A DNA stretch of 64,000 nt from Bispira polyomma (taxonomy: Eukaryota): contig OZ287755.1 of NCBI GenBank assembly GCA_965649765.1, positions 28,892,001-28,956,000 of the forward strand, written 5' to 3'. The translations under genes and the position numbers were made by a program. The notes beneath the pieces were generated by a model. That model was not told the DNA's origin, did no database searches, and was given only the letters and a program-made list of their open reading frames with translations. The first letter of the stretch is position 1. The number at the start of each line of letters is the position of its first letter. Positions 26,148-37,456 of the stretch are shown here, one piece after another.

Positions 26148-26976
26148 TTAAAGAGTAGGAGAGTACACAATCATTAGTGTATTAGTGGACTACCCATTAT
26201 GACCACATTAACTATATATATATATATATATATATATTAGATCTTAACTTAGTAACTAATACAAGTTTTAACCACACTATTTTACTATCTTTCTTCCTAA
26301 ACCATCTGTGCAGCCGAGGAACTAAAATCTTTATATTTGTGTGAATGCCTCCATTCCCCTAATCATTTTGCTACATATTGACGACAATGACATTTTTTTT
26401 AGAATTTTTTGTTAAATTGTAATGTAGTGTTGAAAGCTATATAGAATTATAACCTTTATCTATGTTTATGTTATTTCTATTTTTTGTGGAGACGTGCCAT
26501 ATCACGTAGTCGGCAGTCTGTAAAGCCATTAAGGATAGATAATTAGATCTAAGTGAAAAACTGACTGTCTTTTTATTCTCTATGGAAATTGCCAAGAATA
26601 CCACAAACAACGCTGATCTACTTGATATACAAACTATATCAATGACAGAGTTAAAAAGAAAAGCAGTTCACCTATTTTTTTTGTACTAATTGATCTGATA
26701 ACCTCACAAGTCCCTCAAAGTTCTGAGAGATATAGGTTAGAGGTCCTCTAAAGGTCATAAGTGATAGATGTATGTATGAATATGGTATAACTATTAACTA
26801 GTGAAGACTCTGATGCTAGTTTGAGATATATATGTATTTACACTTTCTAATAGTCTTTATGTACAACTTTATATAAAAAGAATAAACAAAGTTAATTAGT
26901 TGTGAATCTTTGCACGCAGATCCAATAGAATGTTTATATTGAAACTATGGCCGACCAAAAAATAATTTAAAAATGT

Positions 26977-27197
26977 GTCGAGCACGACAACTTTAGGGCC
27001 CTGCTGAATCAGTTCCCCATCCTAGTAAATACCCCTTTTAAAAAACTATTCTTGTTCCCAAGTACATACTTCCCACACTTTTCCCAATTAGCCAATCACT
27101 AATTAGACCACCTTTCATTAGAAATTATGTCCCCACTTTTGGGTACCATATTGGACCAAGCATTCAAAGAGTCAACAACAAAAAACGAAAGTTTATT
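26977..27197 (+). repeat. Split direct repeat A1
   Basis: About 5 differences from A2 (32549-32769). Confidence 0.93.
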
Positions 27198-27267
27198 TAC
27201 TGAATATATTGAAGGTTTTATGTGTCTTACAACAAGTGATTTGATCTGTTTTTAATATATATACACT

Positions 27268-28539
27268 ATGGGGAAGACGAAAGCACCAGGTAGTGATCCA
27301 TTATCTAAGAAAAAAATGACTTCAAAACGTGGGACAAACAAAGGCGCAGACCCAGTTGTGAGGAAACTTAGGATCTCAAGGGACACAGACACAGCGACGG
27401 ATGAGTCAGCGAAGGGTGAGAATGGTATTTCAGATGTTATGTCTATACTTAAACGACTTGAATCAGTGAATTCAGAAATCAATAGGAGGCTTGACAAAGT
27501 TGAACTGAAAGGGGCATGTAACTCGACCCCATTAACCTCCCCTACACAGCAGGGCATTAACAATACCATGTTAGAATTACGGCCACCTGTTACAGACAGA
27601 TTTCCCTTGATTCAACCGGATAACCAATACACTGCCCAGACGCATGCAGACGTCCACGTAACTCAGGCTATGCCACCCATGGCCCCACTGGCGGCACAAC
27701 ATCACGGTTATCATCCGAGTAACCACCACACTGCCCAGATACAGGCAGACGTTCACGCCACTCAGGCTTTGCCACTTAGGGCCCCCCTGGCGGCACAACA
27801 TCACGACTATCAGCGAGATGGCATCATCCTTCGACCGGATATCCTAAAAACCTTACCTGAAGTCAACGCGGCAGTGAACCAACGGCTGGCGGCTTGTCAT
27901 GTGCAGCTCAGGATGGACTTGTCGCAAGGTAAGACCTCCCTTAGGCAAAAATCTGGCCGCTTCAATACCACAGATGTTATTACATCTGACCCTAAATACC
28001 GATGGTCCAACGAGGGTTGGATCGGAGGCACTGCTTGTAAACGACCCAGTTTCGACGACCTCACACTGTCACAGTGGGCTGCAGGGCAATTGTTTAATAT
28101 AGTGCAGGTCTCAGACGTCACTACCATGAGGAATATGATGTATCAAATGATGTATACGCTCAGAGACTCAGCTTCTCTTCCCTGGCCCGCTGTTAGGTAA
28201 GGTTGGGCATTGAATATGCAAGAAGTCGAGGAAGGTCGGTTGGATTGGTCGAACTCCACCCAGTGGGCTCTAAATCGCATGAACACCTCACAGTTGGCTA
28301 TGATTAATAGCCATGTCGCACAAGCCCCACAGGCAGCACAGAAGTCCAAAAATGTATGTAAATTTTACAACAATGGTACTTGCAACCACGAATCCGACCA
28401 CGGACAGTATCGTCATATATGTAATCACTGTTTTCGCTCAGCCAATAGGGAGAACACGCACCCAGAATTTAAATGTGTCAAGGCGAATGTTGCAAAAAGA
28501 TCTTCAGACAAGCAGACACCAAGCTACGGAGTTGGTTGA
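27268..28539 (+). pseudogene. gag: Gag-like ORF1 of YR element (one premature TAA at 28198-28200)
   Basis: The same frame continues across the stop; KSGRF, LTLSQWAAG, C-terminal CKFYNNGTC...H...CNHC...H...C zinc-finger cluster; internal 33-aa duplication. Confidence 0.85.
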
Positions 28540-31369
28540 CGACCAAGTGAACGAACTAACAGAGAGAGTAGAGTATTTAAGGGTATTAGAGATAAAGTCA
28601 CAGTCACTAGTTATAATAATGTTGTGTATAATGATAATTGTAAAGTGGAAAGTCAATGGTCAAATAATTTGAAAACATCACATAGGGCCCCTCAGGGGTG
28701 CCATAGTGTGAAATACTATAATGTAAAAGCTAAAATTATACATTCGATTGGTAATGTCAAAACTATTGATTCTGGTGTCTCTGAACAAGGCTGTGACAGG
28801 TCTGGTAGTGGGGAATCAGACTCAAATTTCTATGAGATGGGGAATCAAAATATTAGACAGAATGGCCACCATGAGAATGGGCTTACTAAAGATCATATTT
28901 TGGAAAGACCTCAAAAATCTAAGATTACCCAACTGGGTCACCATAATAATGGTAACAATAATTTTTCAATTGATATAGATGGGCCTAATTATAGGCACAG
29001 GTATTGTTATGTTCAGAGACCAGATGTCAATCAAGGTGACAAACAGTATGTGTTCGTGTATGGAGGCACAATTAAGACTAAATGCATAGTTTCGATAATG
29101 AACTATGAATTCTATGATTATCATGATATTAACACCAGGGCTAAAGCATTGGTATACTTAGAATTTCCAAATTGTCATGACATGTCAGGTTTTTGTGTTA
29201 GGGAGTGGGACAATGCAGACAGTAATTTTATTTATACAGGTTTAGACGAGTTACCAGGTTTCCAACTGAGGGTGACTAAAAGACAAGGAATTATTATGAA
29301 TGGTCATAAATGGAACAGGGTCTATAAGTTTAATGACAAAGAAATAATAGGGGCAGCAAATGCTCATGACAACTACAACAAAGACCTGGCATGTCATAAA
29401 ACACTTGGCTGTGCTTATTCTCAATTTATGTGTGATATCATAGATAAGATAATTGAAAATGATGATATACATGTTAATAGTAATGAAGTTCAGAAACCCA
29501 TAAATAAATGGGATAAAATGCACAAGGTGAGTTGTACTTCCGCTCCGCTCATTAACGACCTGGATGGGCTGGTGGGCCCGGACATGGAAGTTAATTCTTC
29601 TTCAAAAACTTTACCTTCTAAGGACATTGATAACCCTGATAAGAACACAGGCTTCATTAAGCTTACTAGCACTCCATTTCAATTTGTAGGGCCAGACAGA
29701 GATTCGGTTCTGCTAGAAAATATGAAGGACATTACACTCCCTGCAAATATCATAAGGGACACAGGACTTCCAAATTACAGGCAGGCACGAATACCTGTCA
29801 AATCCCAGTTAAACATCGCGGCATGGGAAAACTTAACGCAGGATCACCCAGACAAAATCGTAATCCAATACCTTAAATTCGGTTTTCCATTGTCCCTAGA
29901 GAACGTATACCAATTACAGGTTAAACAGGTGACTAATCATCACTCTGCTCTTGAATACTCAAATGTGATTGTTCAATATCTAGACAAAGAGAAGTCTAAA
30001 GGGGCCATGTTAGGCCCAGTGGACGTACTTCCACATTACCACTGTTCCACATTACCACTGTTCCCCCCTATTAACCAGACCGAAAGACCGTGACAAACGT
30101 AGAGTTATACTAAATCTCTCTCACCCATTGGGTGATTCAGTAAATGATCACGTTAGCAGAGATACCTATGATAACACAAAATTTCTCCTTAAGTTTCCTA
30201 ACATAGATACTGTCACTTCTAACATTTTAAAATTTTCTGACCCAGTAATGTTCAAGGTCGATGTAGCCAGAGCTTTTCGTAATTTGAGAGTAGACCCTGT
30301 CGATGCTCTTCAACTTGGTATATGTCACGACAATAAGTACTACGTTGACGCTGCAGTTGCATTTGGGTGACCACACGGTAGTGCCGTATTTCAGCGCTGC
30401 TCGGACATTATCGCAGACCACATGAGAAAGCAAGGATTTGACCTTTCATGCTACATTGACAATTATATTTGTGTCTGTCAAAAATTGGATGCGCAACGAG
30501 GTTTTGACATCCTATGTACATTACTTAAAAACCTTGGTCTCCCAATGAACCCAGAAAAAATTGCACCCCCCTCTGCACAGGTTACATTCTTAGGTATCGA
30601 CATTAACATTGATGAGGGCACTATTAGTATAACCCCCGAAAAAATTAAAGAAATTTATGACGCATGTGTGGAAGCACGCACAAAATCATGGTTATCACGT
30701 TCAAAATTTCAGTCCATACTTGGGAAATTGCTATATATTCAAAAATGTGTGAAACCGGCCAGATGCTTCATCAATAGGTTACTTTCGGTATTTAGGGCTT
30801 CTCCTAACGCTAAGAGATTTAAACTTACAGATAACATCAAGAAAGATTTAGATTGGTTTGTCGCCTTCCTATTTAAATATAATGGAGTCGCTTATATTGT
30901 CCCCTCGATCATCAGTGACGCTACTGAGTTACACCTGGATGCCTGCTTAACAGGACTAGGTGGCATATGGGGTTCACAGATTTATTATACACCTGTATAC
31001 AACATTTACCAACAAAAATTACATGTAACACAACTAGAAATGATTAACATAGTTATTGCATTAAGGATCTGGGGTGAGGACTGGGCTCACCAGAAAGTTA
31101 CATTTCACTGTGATAATATGGCCGTAGTCTTGGTCGTCCAGACCGGCAAAACTAGGGACCCCTTTTTGGCAGCATGCATCCGTAATATTTGGCTGATATC
31201 TTCTTTACACGACATAACTCATATTAGAGGTAAGGCGAATATATGGGCAGACGCACTTTCGCGCATATATTCAGATAATCCCCCTAAACAGGAAATGTTA
31301 GTAAAACTGAGTCATTGTACACGCAAGGAGGTTCCCATAACACACTTTAACCTAGATTATAATATTTAA
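28540..31369 (+). pseudogene. pol: RT/RNase H ORF of YR element with long N-terminal extension, disabled
   Basis: YLKFGFPL, FKVDVARAFRNL, YIDN (D>N), HLDACLTGLGG, CDNMAVV, NIWADALSR. A 16-bp duplication frameshift at ~30031-30063 and a TGA at 30368. Confidence 0.9.
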
Positions 31370-31375
31370 TTGTAG

Positions 31376-32348
31376 GTGCTACAACAGCCACAGATTCACT
31401 GACCACTGCTGCGATCAACAGGATCAACACAGCACTGAGGCCAGCAACCACATCAGCCTACACCAGCCAATTTAGGACTTTCCTCTCTTTCCTACAGTAT
31501 GCACACATTCAGGACATAATTGTACATTCAGTCTTGGCCTTTCTAGAATATCTCAAAATAATTTGTCTCCAAAAGTAGTTAACAACTACCTCGCTGCATT
31601 GGAATTCATGTCGGCTAAATATCAGATTAACCCAGCAGTGTTTCAACACAATGCCATCTCTTTGTTTACACGTAGTCTGGTTCACAACTCCCCTTTTAGA
31701 CCAGCTTCAAAAGGGGTATTTGACATCAAACAGCTGTTAAAAATATCACAGGCTTGCGAAATCCTACAAGACCCCCATTTATTTAGGGCCATTTTTCTGG
31801 TGGCATTTTATGGATTTTTGCGTATGTCCAACATCGCCCCTCACTCAAGAAGGAAATTTGACCCCACTAGAAATTTACTTATTCATGACGTAGTATTTGG
31901 CCCTCCTGGGGTGCACCTCATAATAAAGTGGGCAAAGAACATGCAGGACAGATCCAACTCACATGTGGTTGAGTTGCCCTCAATTAAGGTTCCCTTACTT
32001 TGCCCAGTAACAGCACTTACTCAGCTGATCAGTAACAGGGGACTGGCACCTTCCACCCCCTTGTTTACCTCAGCATCACCCCCTTATTATCCTGTGGTGG
32101 ACTCACACATTAGGGCAGCTTTAAAAATCATTCTTCAACATATTGGCATTGACCATTCTACCCATGGTTTCCACACTTTTCGCAGGTCAGGCGCAACATT
32201 AGCATTCAATAACAATATTTCTTTACAAAATATTATGGCACATGGGCTTTGGCGCAGCTCAGCAGTTTGGACTTATCTTCAATCTACATCACAAGCTGCC
32301 TCTGTGATTCCTCACACTTTTGCAAACATTGTCCCCTCCTCTTTCTAA
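31376..32348 (+). pseudogene. Tyrosine recombinase of YR element (no ATG; one frameshift near 31560)
   Basis: GFLRMSN (R), KWAKN (K), HTFRRSGA (HxxR), HGLW, WTYL (Y). The N-terminal part ALRPATTSAYTSQFRTFL starts right after a TTGTAG acceptor. Confidence 0.9.
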
Positions 32349-32357
32349 CTTGGGTTT

Positions 32358-32548
32358 GGGTTCATTTAAAATTTCAGCTACCTCTTCAATTTTAAATATA
32401 TTTTATACTAATTACTGTATATTGTACATAGCCATACTAACTTGTACAGGAAAATAAACTCCAAAACAGTATCTTTTCATTGTCTTATATCACTAACCAT
32501 AGACACTTGGATATCAACAACTTACTTTGACTACACATAGGGAACTGT
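32358..32548 (+). repeat. Split direct repeat B1
   Basis: 191 bp, 2 differences from B2; directly abuts A2. Confidence 0.93.
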
Positions 32549-32769
32549 GTCGAGCACGACAACTTTAGGGGCCTGCTGAATCAGTTCCCCATCCTAGTAA
32601 ATATCCCTTTTAAAAAACTATTCTTGTTCCCAAGTACATACTTCCCACACTTTTCCCAATTAGCCAATCACTAATTAGACCACCTTTCATTAGAAATTAT
32701 GTCCCCACTTTTGGGTACCATATTGGACCAAGCTTTCAAAGGGTCAACAACAAAAAACGAAATTTTATT
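32549..32769 (+). repeat. Split direct repeat A2
   Basis: Copy of A1; junction GGAACTGT|GTCGAGCAC. Confidence 0.93.
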
Positions 32770-32835
32770 CCCACCACCAACCCCTAAGATTCCACCACTT
32801 AAGTTACATTTTACTAGGTAATCCAGGATGAACAC

Positions 32836-33200
32836 TGAACTCATGGCCGGGTGAAGATCGGGTAGTCTTTTCGCTCTCCTCTGAGCTCAACTATAGTGGC
32901 CAGGGTAGAATAAGGGCGATCTGACCATTCTTTCTTTGCTAGGTGATTAGGTACCACAGGCCTCGGGCTCCACGGACTCCCTGCATGTCCAGTAAGATTA
33001 AGTACAAATTAGGTAAATAAAAATTTCAGAGAATGGCAGACGGGTGGTTGAACTCTCGGCTGTGTGGAGACATTTTCAGTCCTTTTTCCCTCCTCTGAGC
33101 CCAACTGTAGTGGCCAGGGTTGAATAAGGGGGCAGGAACTGAATTCTTCTCTGCTAGGTGAATAGGTACCTTAGGCCTCGGGTTGCACTGCACGTCTGCA
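32836..33200 (+). ncRNA. Two tandem copies of a candidate structured RNA in the A2-B2 spacer
   Basis: Units at ~32836-32971 and ~33049-33186 share a 41-nt core with 3 differences; flanking stems differ in sequence but keep pairing. Function unknown. Confidence 0.4.
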
Positions 33201-33614
33201 CAAATCAGTAAAAAGTACATTGATTATTTATTAACTTAGTTTTTAATGTCGGATGGGCCACAGGCCTACTAAATCGGTTGACAACGTCAACCATAGTGCA
33301 AAACTTGCATGTGTATTTGTCCGCTGTCGTGGGCTCACTGCTGTGACATTATGTCAGTGGTATTGAATTAAAGAAATAATAGAGTAAATGTAATATACTG
33401 AATCAATGTGGTGGGCTAGTCCCAGGAACACTTATATCTGGTGTTTGTAGCCGTAGTTGTACCCCTGATAATTTTAATGGTTTTAATGTAACGGGCTAGT
33501 CCCATAAGCTTAAACTATATGGGTTGTTTGCTTTATATTTACACTAGTTATTTCGTACTTTTATTTACGTGCTTTGTTATACTAGTATTATTGTATATCT
33601 TTTATTCTGTTGAA

Positions 33615-33805
33615 GGGTTCATTTAAAATTTCAGCTACCTCTTCAATTTTAAATATATTTTATACTAATTACTGTATATTGTACATAGCCATACTAACTT
33701 GTACAGGAAAATAAACTCTAAAACAGTATCTTTTCATTGTCTTATATCACTAACCATAGACACTTGGATATCAACAACTTACTTTGACCACACATAGGGA
33801 ACTGT
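33615..33805 (+). repeat. Split direct repeat B2
   Basis: Copy of B1 ending GGAACTGT. Confidence 0.93.
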
Positions 33806-35273
33806 CACTGAAACTCACATCAATAGGGCTACTTCAAACAACAAGAACACCAATAAATATAATTGTTTACAAAGCGGCAGTGGAGGAGTAAAATCTCTCC
33901 TCCCGCGATGTCTATTTTCTTGCAATTTTTCTCTGTTCTAACTAACAGTTCACACAAAAGACTGATGTTGTTTTTTTCATTTGCTTCTTTTTGCACTAAT
34001 TGATCTGATAACACTGGACCTTAGCTAATTACTCGTGAATCTTTGCACACAATTTCAATAGAGTTTTTTTTAAACCGTGGATGTTATTGGATTTGCAAGG
34101 ATCTATCAATTTTTACAAGGCTATAGAAACGGGAGATGTAAACTTATTGGCTATAAAAACCTAATATTTGGTTCAAAGTTCTCAACTTACTTCAAACATT
34201 TAGCAAGATATATCTATATTCAGTAAATATTTGTTTAATTGTTCAAATAGTTTTTTTTCTGGTATTTTGAAAGTTCACATGTACTTATTTATGACCCTTA
34301 TAATATATATTTATTGTGGTCATTTAAATATCTGGCTTTTTAAATTAAAACTAAGGTTGTATTGTATTAATTCTAGGGTTAGAGACAAATTCTTGCAACC
34401 ACATATTCTTTATAAGGGCAAAATGTGTGAGGTACAGGGTTTGTCTGTGAAATCACACAAAGTAGATCAAATAGGTATTAAAAAATATTAACAAAATATC
34501 TATTTAGCCAAAGAAATTAGGTAATAAAACTGCAGCAGTTGGATTCAATAGAATTGAACAAGAAAATTGACTTAAGTTGTGATAGAATTAAGACAGGATT
34601 AAATCGCGTAAAATAAAAAAGGTGAGTAAAGCTTAAATAAAATACTTTAAAGATTAAAATTTACAAGTTCGAAAGCTTCTTTTGTATACATAAAATTTTC
34701 TTTGTACACCGTTAATATTAAAAAGCTCCCTTGCTGAAGCATTTTATAAAGGCCACAAGTAGATGCAATTTATTTTAAAATGTAGAAAAGTATATATAAA
34801 CTGTATTTAGTAGAAATAGAGCAGTTTATGTAGGAATTAGTTATTTTGATTTAATTTTGGCATGAAGGTGTGCATCAAATAAAACGAAATATTTGTTTTA
34901 TACCGTAGAAGTGATAATTTTAGTTGAAACAAAATTCCAATAATTTATGTTTTTCAATGAAATTCACTTGAAATTACTATCCAAGGTCAATAGCTAATAG
35001 GGAACCGTCGCTGAATTTAAAGTTATGTTAAACACCTCAATCTTGAATCTCAATGCACAGCTATGAGGCAATGAATGATTTGGTTTAATAGCAATATATG
35101 TAAGTTTGGGCCTGTCAGGAAATTATCATTTCTATTTCAGCCACTTTATATACATTTACAAAAACAAGTGACCATTTTCACTAAAAAAATAGTACCAACT
35201 GCAGCTAATGGCACTGTAACATAAGCTCATTATTACCGGACATTTACCTAAAAATACAGTTATATTATATAAA

Positions 35274-35903
35274 ATAATATAGGAGATACTAGAAGGTGGC
35301 ATGCTGTTATAAATCATAATATAAGAGATACTACAAGGTGACATGCTGTTATAAATCATAATATAAGAGATACTACAAGGTAGCATGCTGTTATAAATCA
35401 TGATATAGGAGATACTACAAGGTGACATGCTGTTATAAATCATAATATAGGAGATACTACAAGGTGACATGCTGTTATAAATCATAATATAAGAGATACT
35501 ACAAGGTGGCATGCTGTTATAAATCATAATAGAGGAGATACTATAAAGTGGCATGCTGTTATAAATCATAATATAGGAGATACTAGAAGGTGGCATGCTG
35601 TTATAAATCATAATATAGGAGATACTACAAGGTGGCATGCTGTTATAAATCATAATATAGGAGATACTACAAGGTGGCATGCTGTTATAAATAATAATAT
35701 AGGAGATACTACAAGGTGACAGGCTGTTATAAATCATAATATAGGAGATACTACAAGGTGGCATGCTGTTATAAATAATAATATAGGAGATACTACAAGG
35801 TGACAGGCTGTTATAAATCATAATATAGGAGATACTACAAGGTGGCATGCTGTTATAAATCATAATATGGGAGATACTACAAGGTGGCATGCTGTTATAA
35901 ATC
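35274..35903. repeat. 42-bp minisatellite, ~15 copies
   Basis: Unit ATAATATAGGAGATACTACAAGGTGGCATGCTGTTATAAATC. Confidence 0.95.
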
Positions 35904-36300
35904 GTGATACAGACATGATACAGACAAAATGTAATCAGAAGAACTGGTAAATATACCAATTGAATATAATTTTAACAACCCCATATTTATGCTAGGACTC
36001 TTCAAAATGGATCAATAGAATTAATAATTATTAACCAAGATATACATAAACCAACCGGTCATCATCAGTAGGCAATGGTGTGTTTTCACCTTTACCCAAA
36101 TAACCACTATGGTTTACCAGGAGTCCAACCAAGGACATTTGAATCACGAAACCAACTCCAAAACCTACAAACGGACCAGGGACATTGTGATCACTAGACC
36201 AAATATATAACCCCAAGGCCAATCTATTCACAGAGTTTTAAATATATAACAATTAAAAGTATGTCCAAAAGGAACAGTCGAAGCAAAACATTGCACTCCC

Positions 36301-36331
<31 letters not shown>

Positions 36332-36710
36332 AAAAAAAAAAAAAAAAATAGCATAAAGGATGTTTGCACAATGTACAGTAGGCCATACTGAGTTTAAAGG
36401 TAATTCATTTAATTGTTGTTGAACTCATAAAAAATTTAATCTGTCTTCGGTGAAAATTCGCACATTATAGACATTGCTTGTATTGAGTTGTAAATAGTAT
36501 AGGTTTGGATTTGGAATAAAACTATCGAACAAAATATTTTGTGGACATTTTCACTCAGACTTCCTACTGCATATATGGAAACACTACCAAATTAAGTACT
36601 GGTGGAAGATTGACGCAGTATAATGTGGTGAAGGTAAGAAACACTATTTAAAGTTTGAACTCTGTTTAGACTATTTTCAAGATGTTATTGTAATATTTGT
36701 GTACTTCTGA

Positions 36711-37062
36711 TCCTCCTTGGCCTAGTGGTTAGCCAGTTGGTCTGATGATCAGAAGGTTCTGGGTTCTATTCCTGATACCGGCTGCTAGTTTAATTGGTGG
36801 GCTAGCATCCTTGGGCAAGATGTGTAGAATGTCCACTTAAATTGCAGTCCTCTGTCACTGAGTCCTATCCCCAGTGGCAGATTAAAGATTCTTGTGGACG
36901 TTGATGAATGGTCATCATCAAGTCTCTCTCCTAGGTTAGGGGAATAAGCTACTGAGGCAGTTGACTGTTGCAGTCAGGGGAGGCTTATTTGGTGCTCTGA
37001 ATACCTGATGAAAGAAGATATGTGCACTGAGTATAAATCTGATTACAATTTACAATTACAAT
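36711..37062 (+). mobile_element. tRNA-derived SINE (family C) with TTACAA-repeat tail
   Basis: A-box TGGCCTAGTGG, B-box GGTTCTATTCC, TCCTTGGGCAAG core-like motif, simple-repeat tail. Confidence 0.7.
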
Positions 37063-37456
37063 GTGTAGTATGTCGTCCCCCATGTCCTACTGGTTAGTGT
37101 GTTTAGTATGGTGATCATCGAAGCATTCCCGGTTCAGCTCCAGGTGAAGCCTAACTTGTCATTCTGGGGATCTTACCCTTAAGGAACACACAATCGCCTA
37201 CCTGATGACGACCAGAGCTGTCTAGTGTATGACTATACCCTCTTCTTGGAAAACAAACAGCTGAAATGATGCAGTAGTATTATGTTAGAACTATATATTT
37301 TCATCTGTCAAACCCACCAAGAGTGCTGGATATAGAGTTTTCTCAGTGTTATTGAATAGTTTCACACTTTCTGAGTTCAGGAGAAAATGTAAAACCTGCT
37401 CTTCAAACTCGATTACCTCTCTTAGTTGATCCATTGTTATGCTTTAGAAGATGCCT

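Larger units (their letters stand above)
26977..33805 (+). mobile_element. Structurally complete YR retrotransposon with split direct repeats (Ngaro/PAT type)
   Basis: Order is A1-gag-RT/RH-YR-B1-A2-spacer-B2. Both ends share TGT with the target, and a paralogous empty site lies at 17971-17987. Confidence 0.95.

Noticed and set aside
31563-32348. Phage integrase or bacterial contamination
   Set aside because: The YR is embedded in a gag-RT/RH retroelement with split direct repeats.
32878-33125. SECIS elements (UGA...AA...GA) that could recode the gag UGA as selenocysteine
   Set aside because: Only 3-4 bp lie between the putative GA quartet and the AA motif; SECIS helix II needs about 10-12 bp.
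32836-33200. Known ribozyme classes (hammerhead, HDV-like, twister, hairpin) for the duplicated structure
   Set aside because: No CUGANGA/GAAA with stem I, no consistent HDV P1/P3/P1.1 in both units, and no twister or hairpin core motifs by eye; kept only as an unknown structure.
35156-35959. 267-aa repetitive ORF (MPPCSISYIMIYNS)n
   Set aside because: By-product of a stop-free 42-bp minisatellite; no credible start or splice context.
36297-36348. Adjacent poly-C and poly-A runs
   Set aside because: Simple homopolymers, common and error-prone; no further structure.
36740-37230. CTGATGA motifs as hammerhead cores
   Set aside because: No stem II plus GAAA and cleavage triplet; they lie in SINE bodies.
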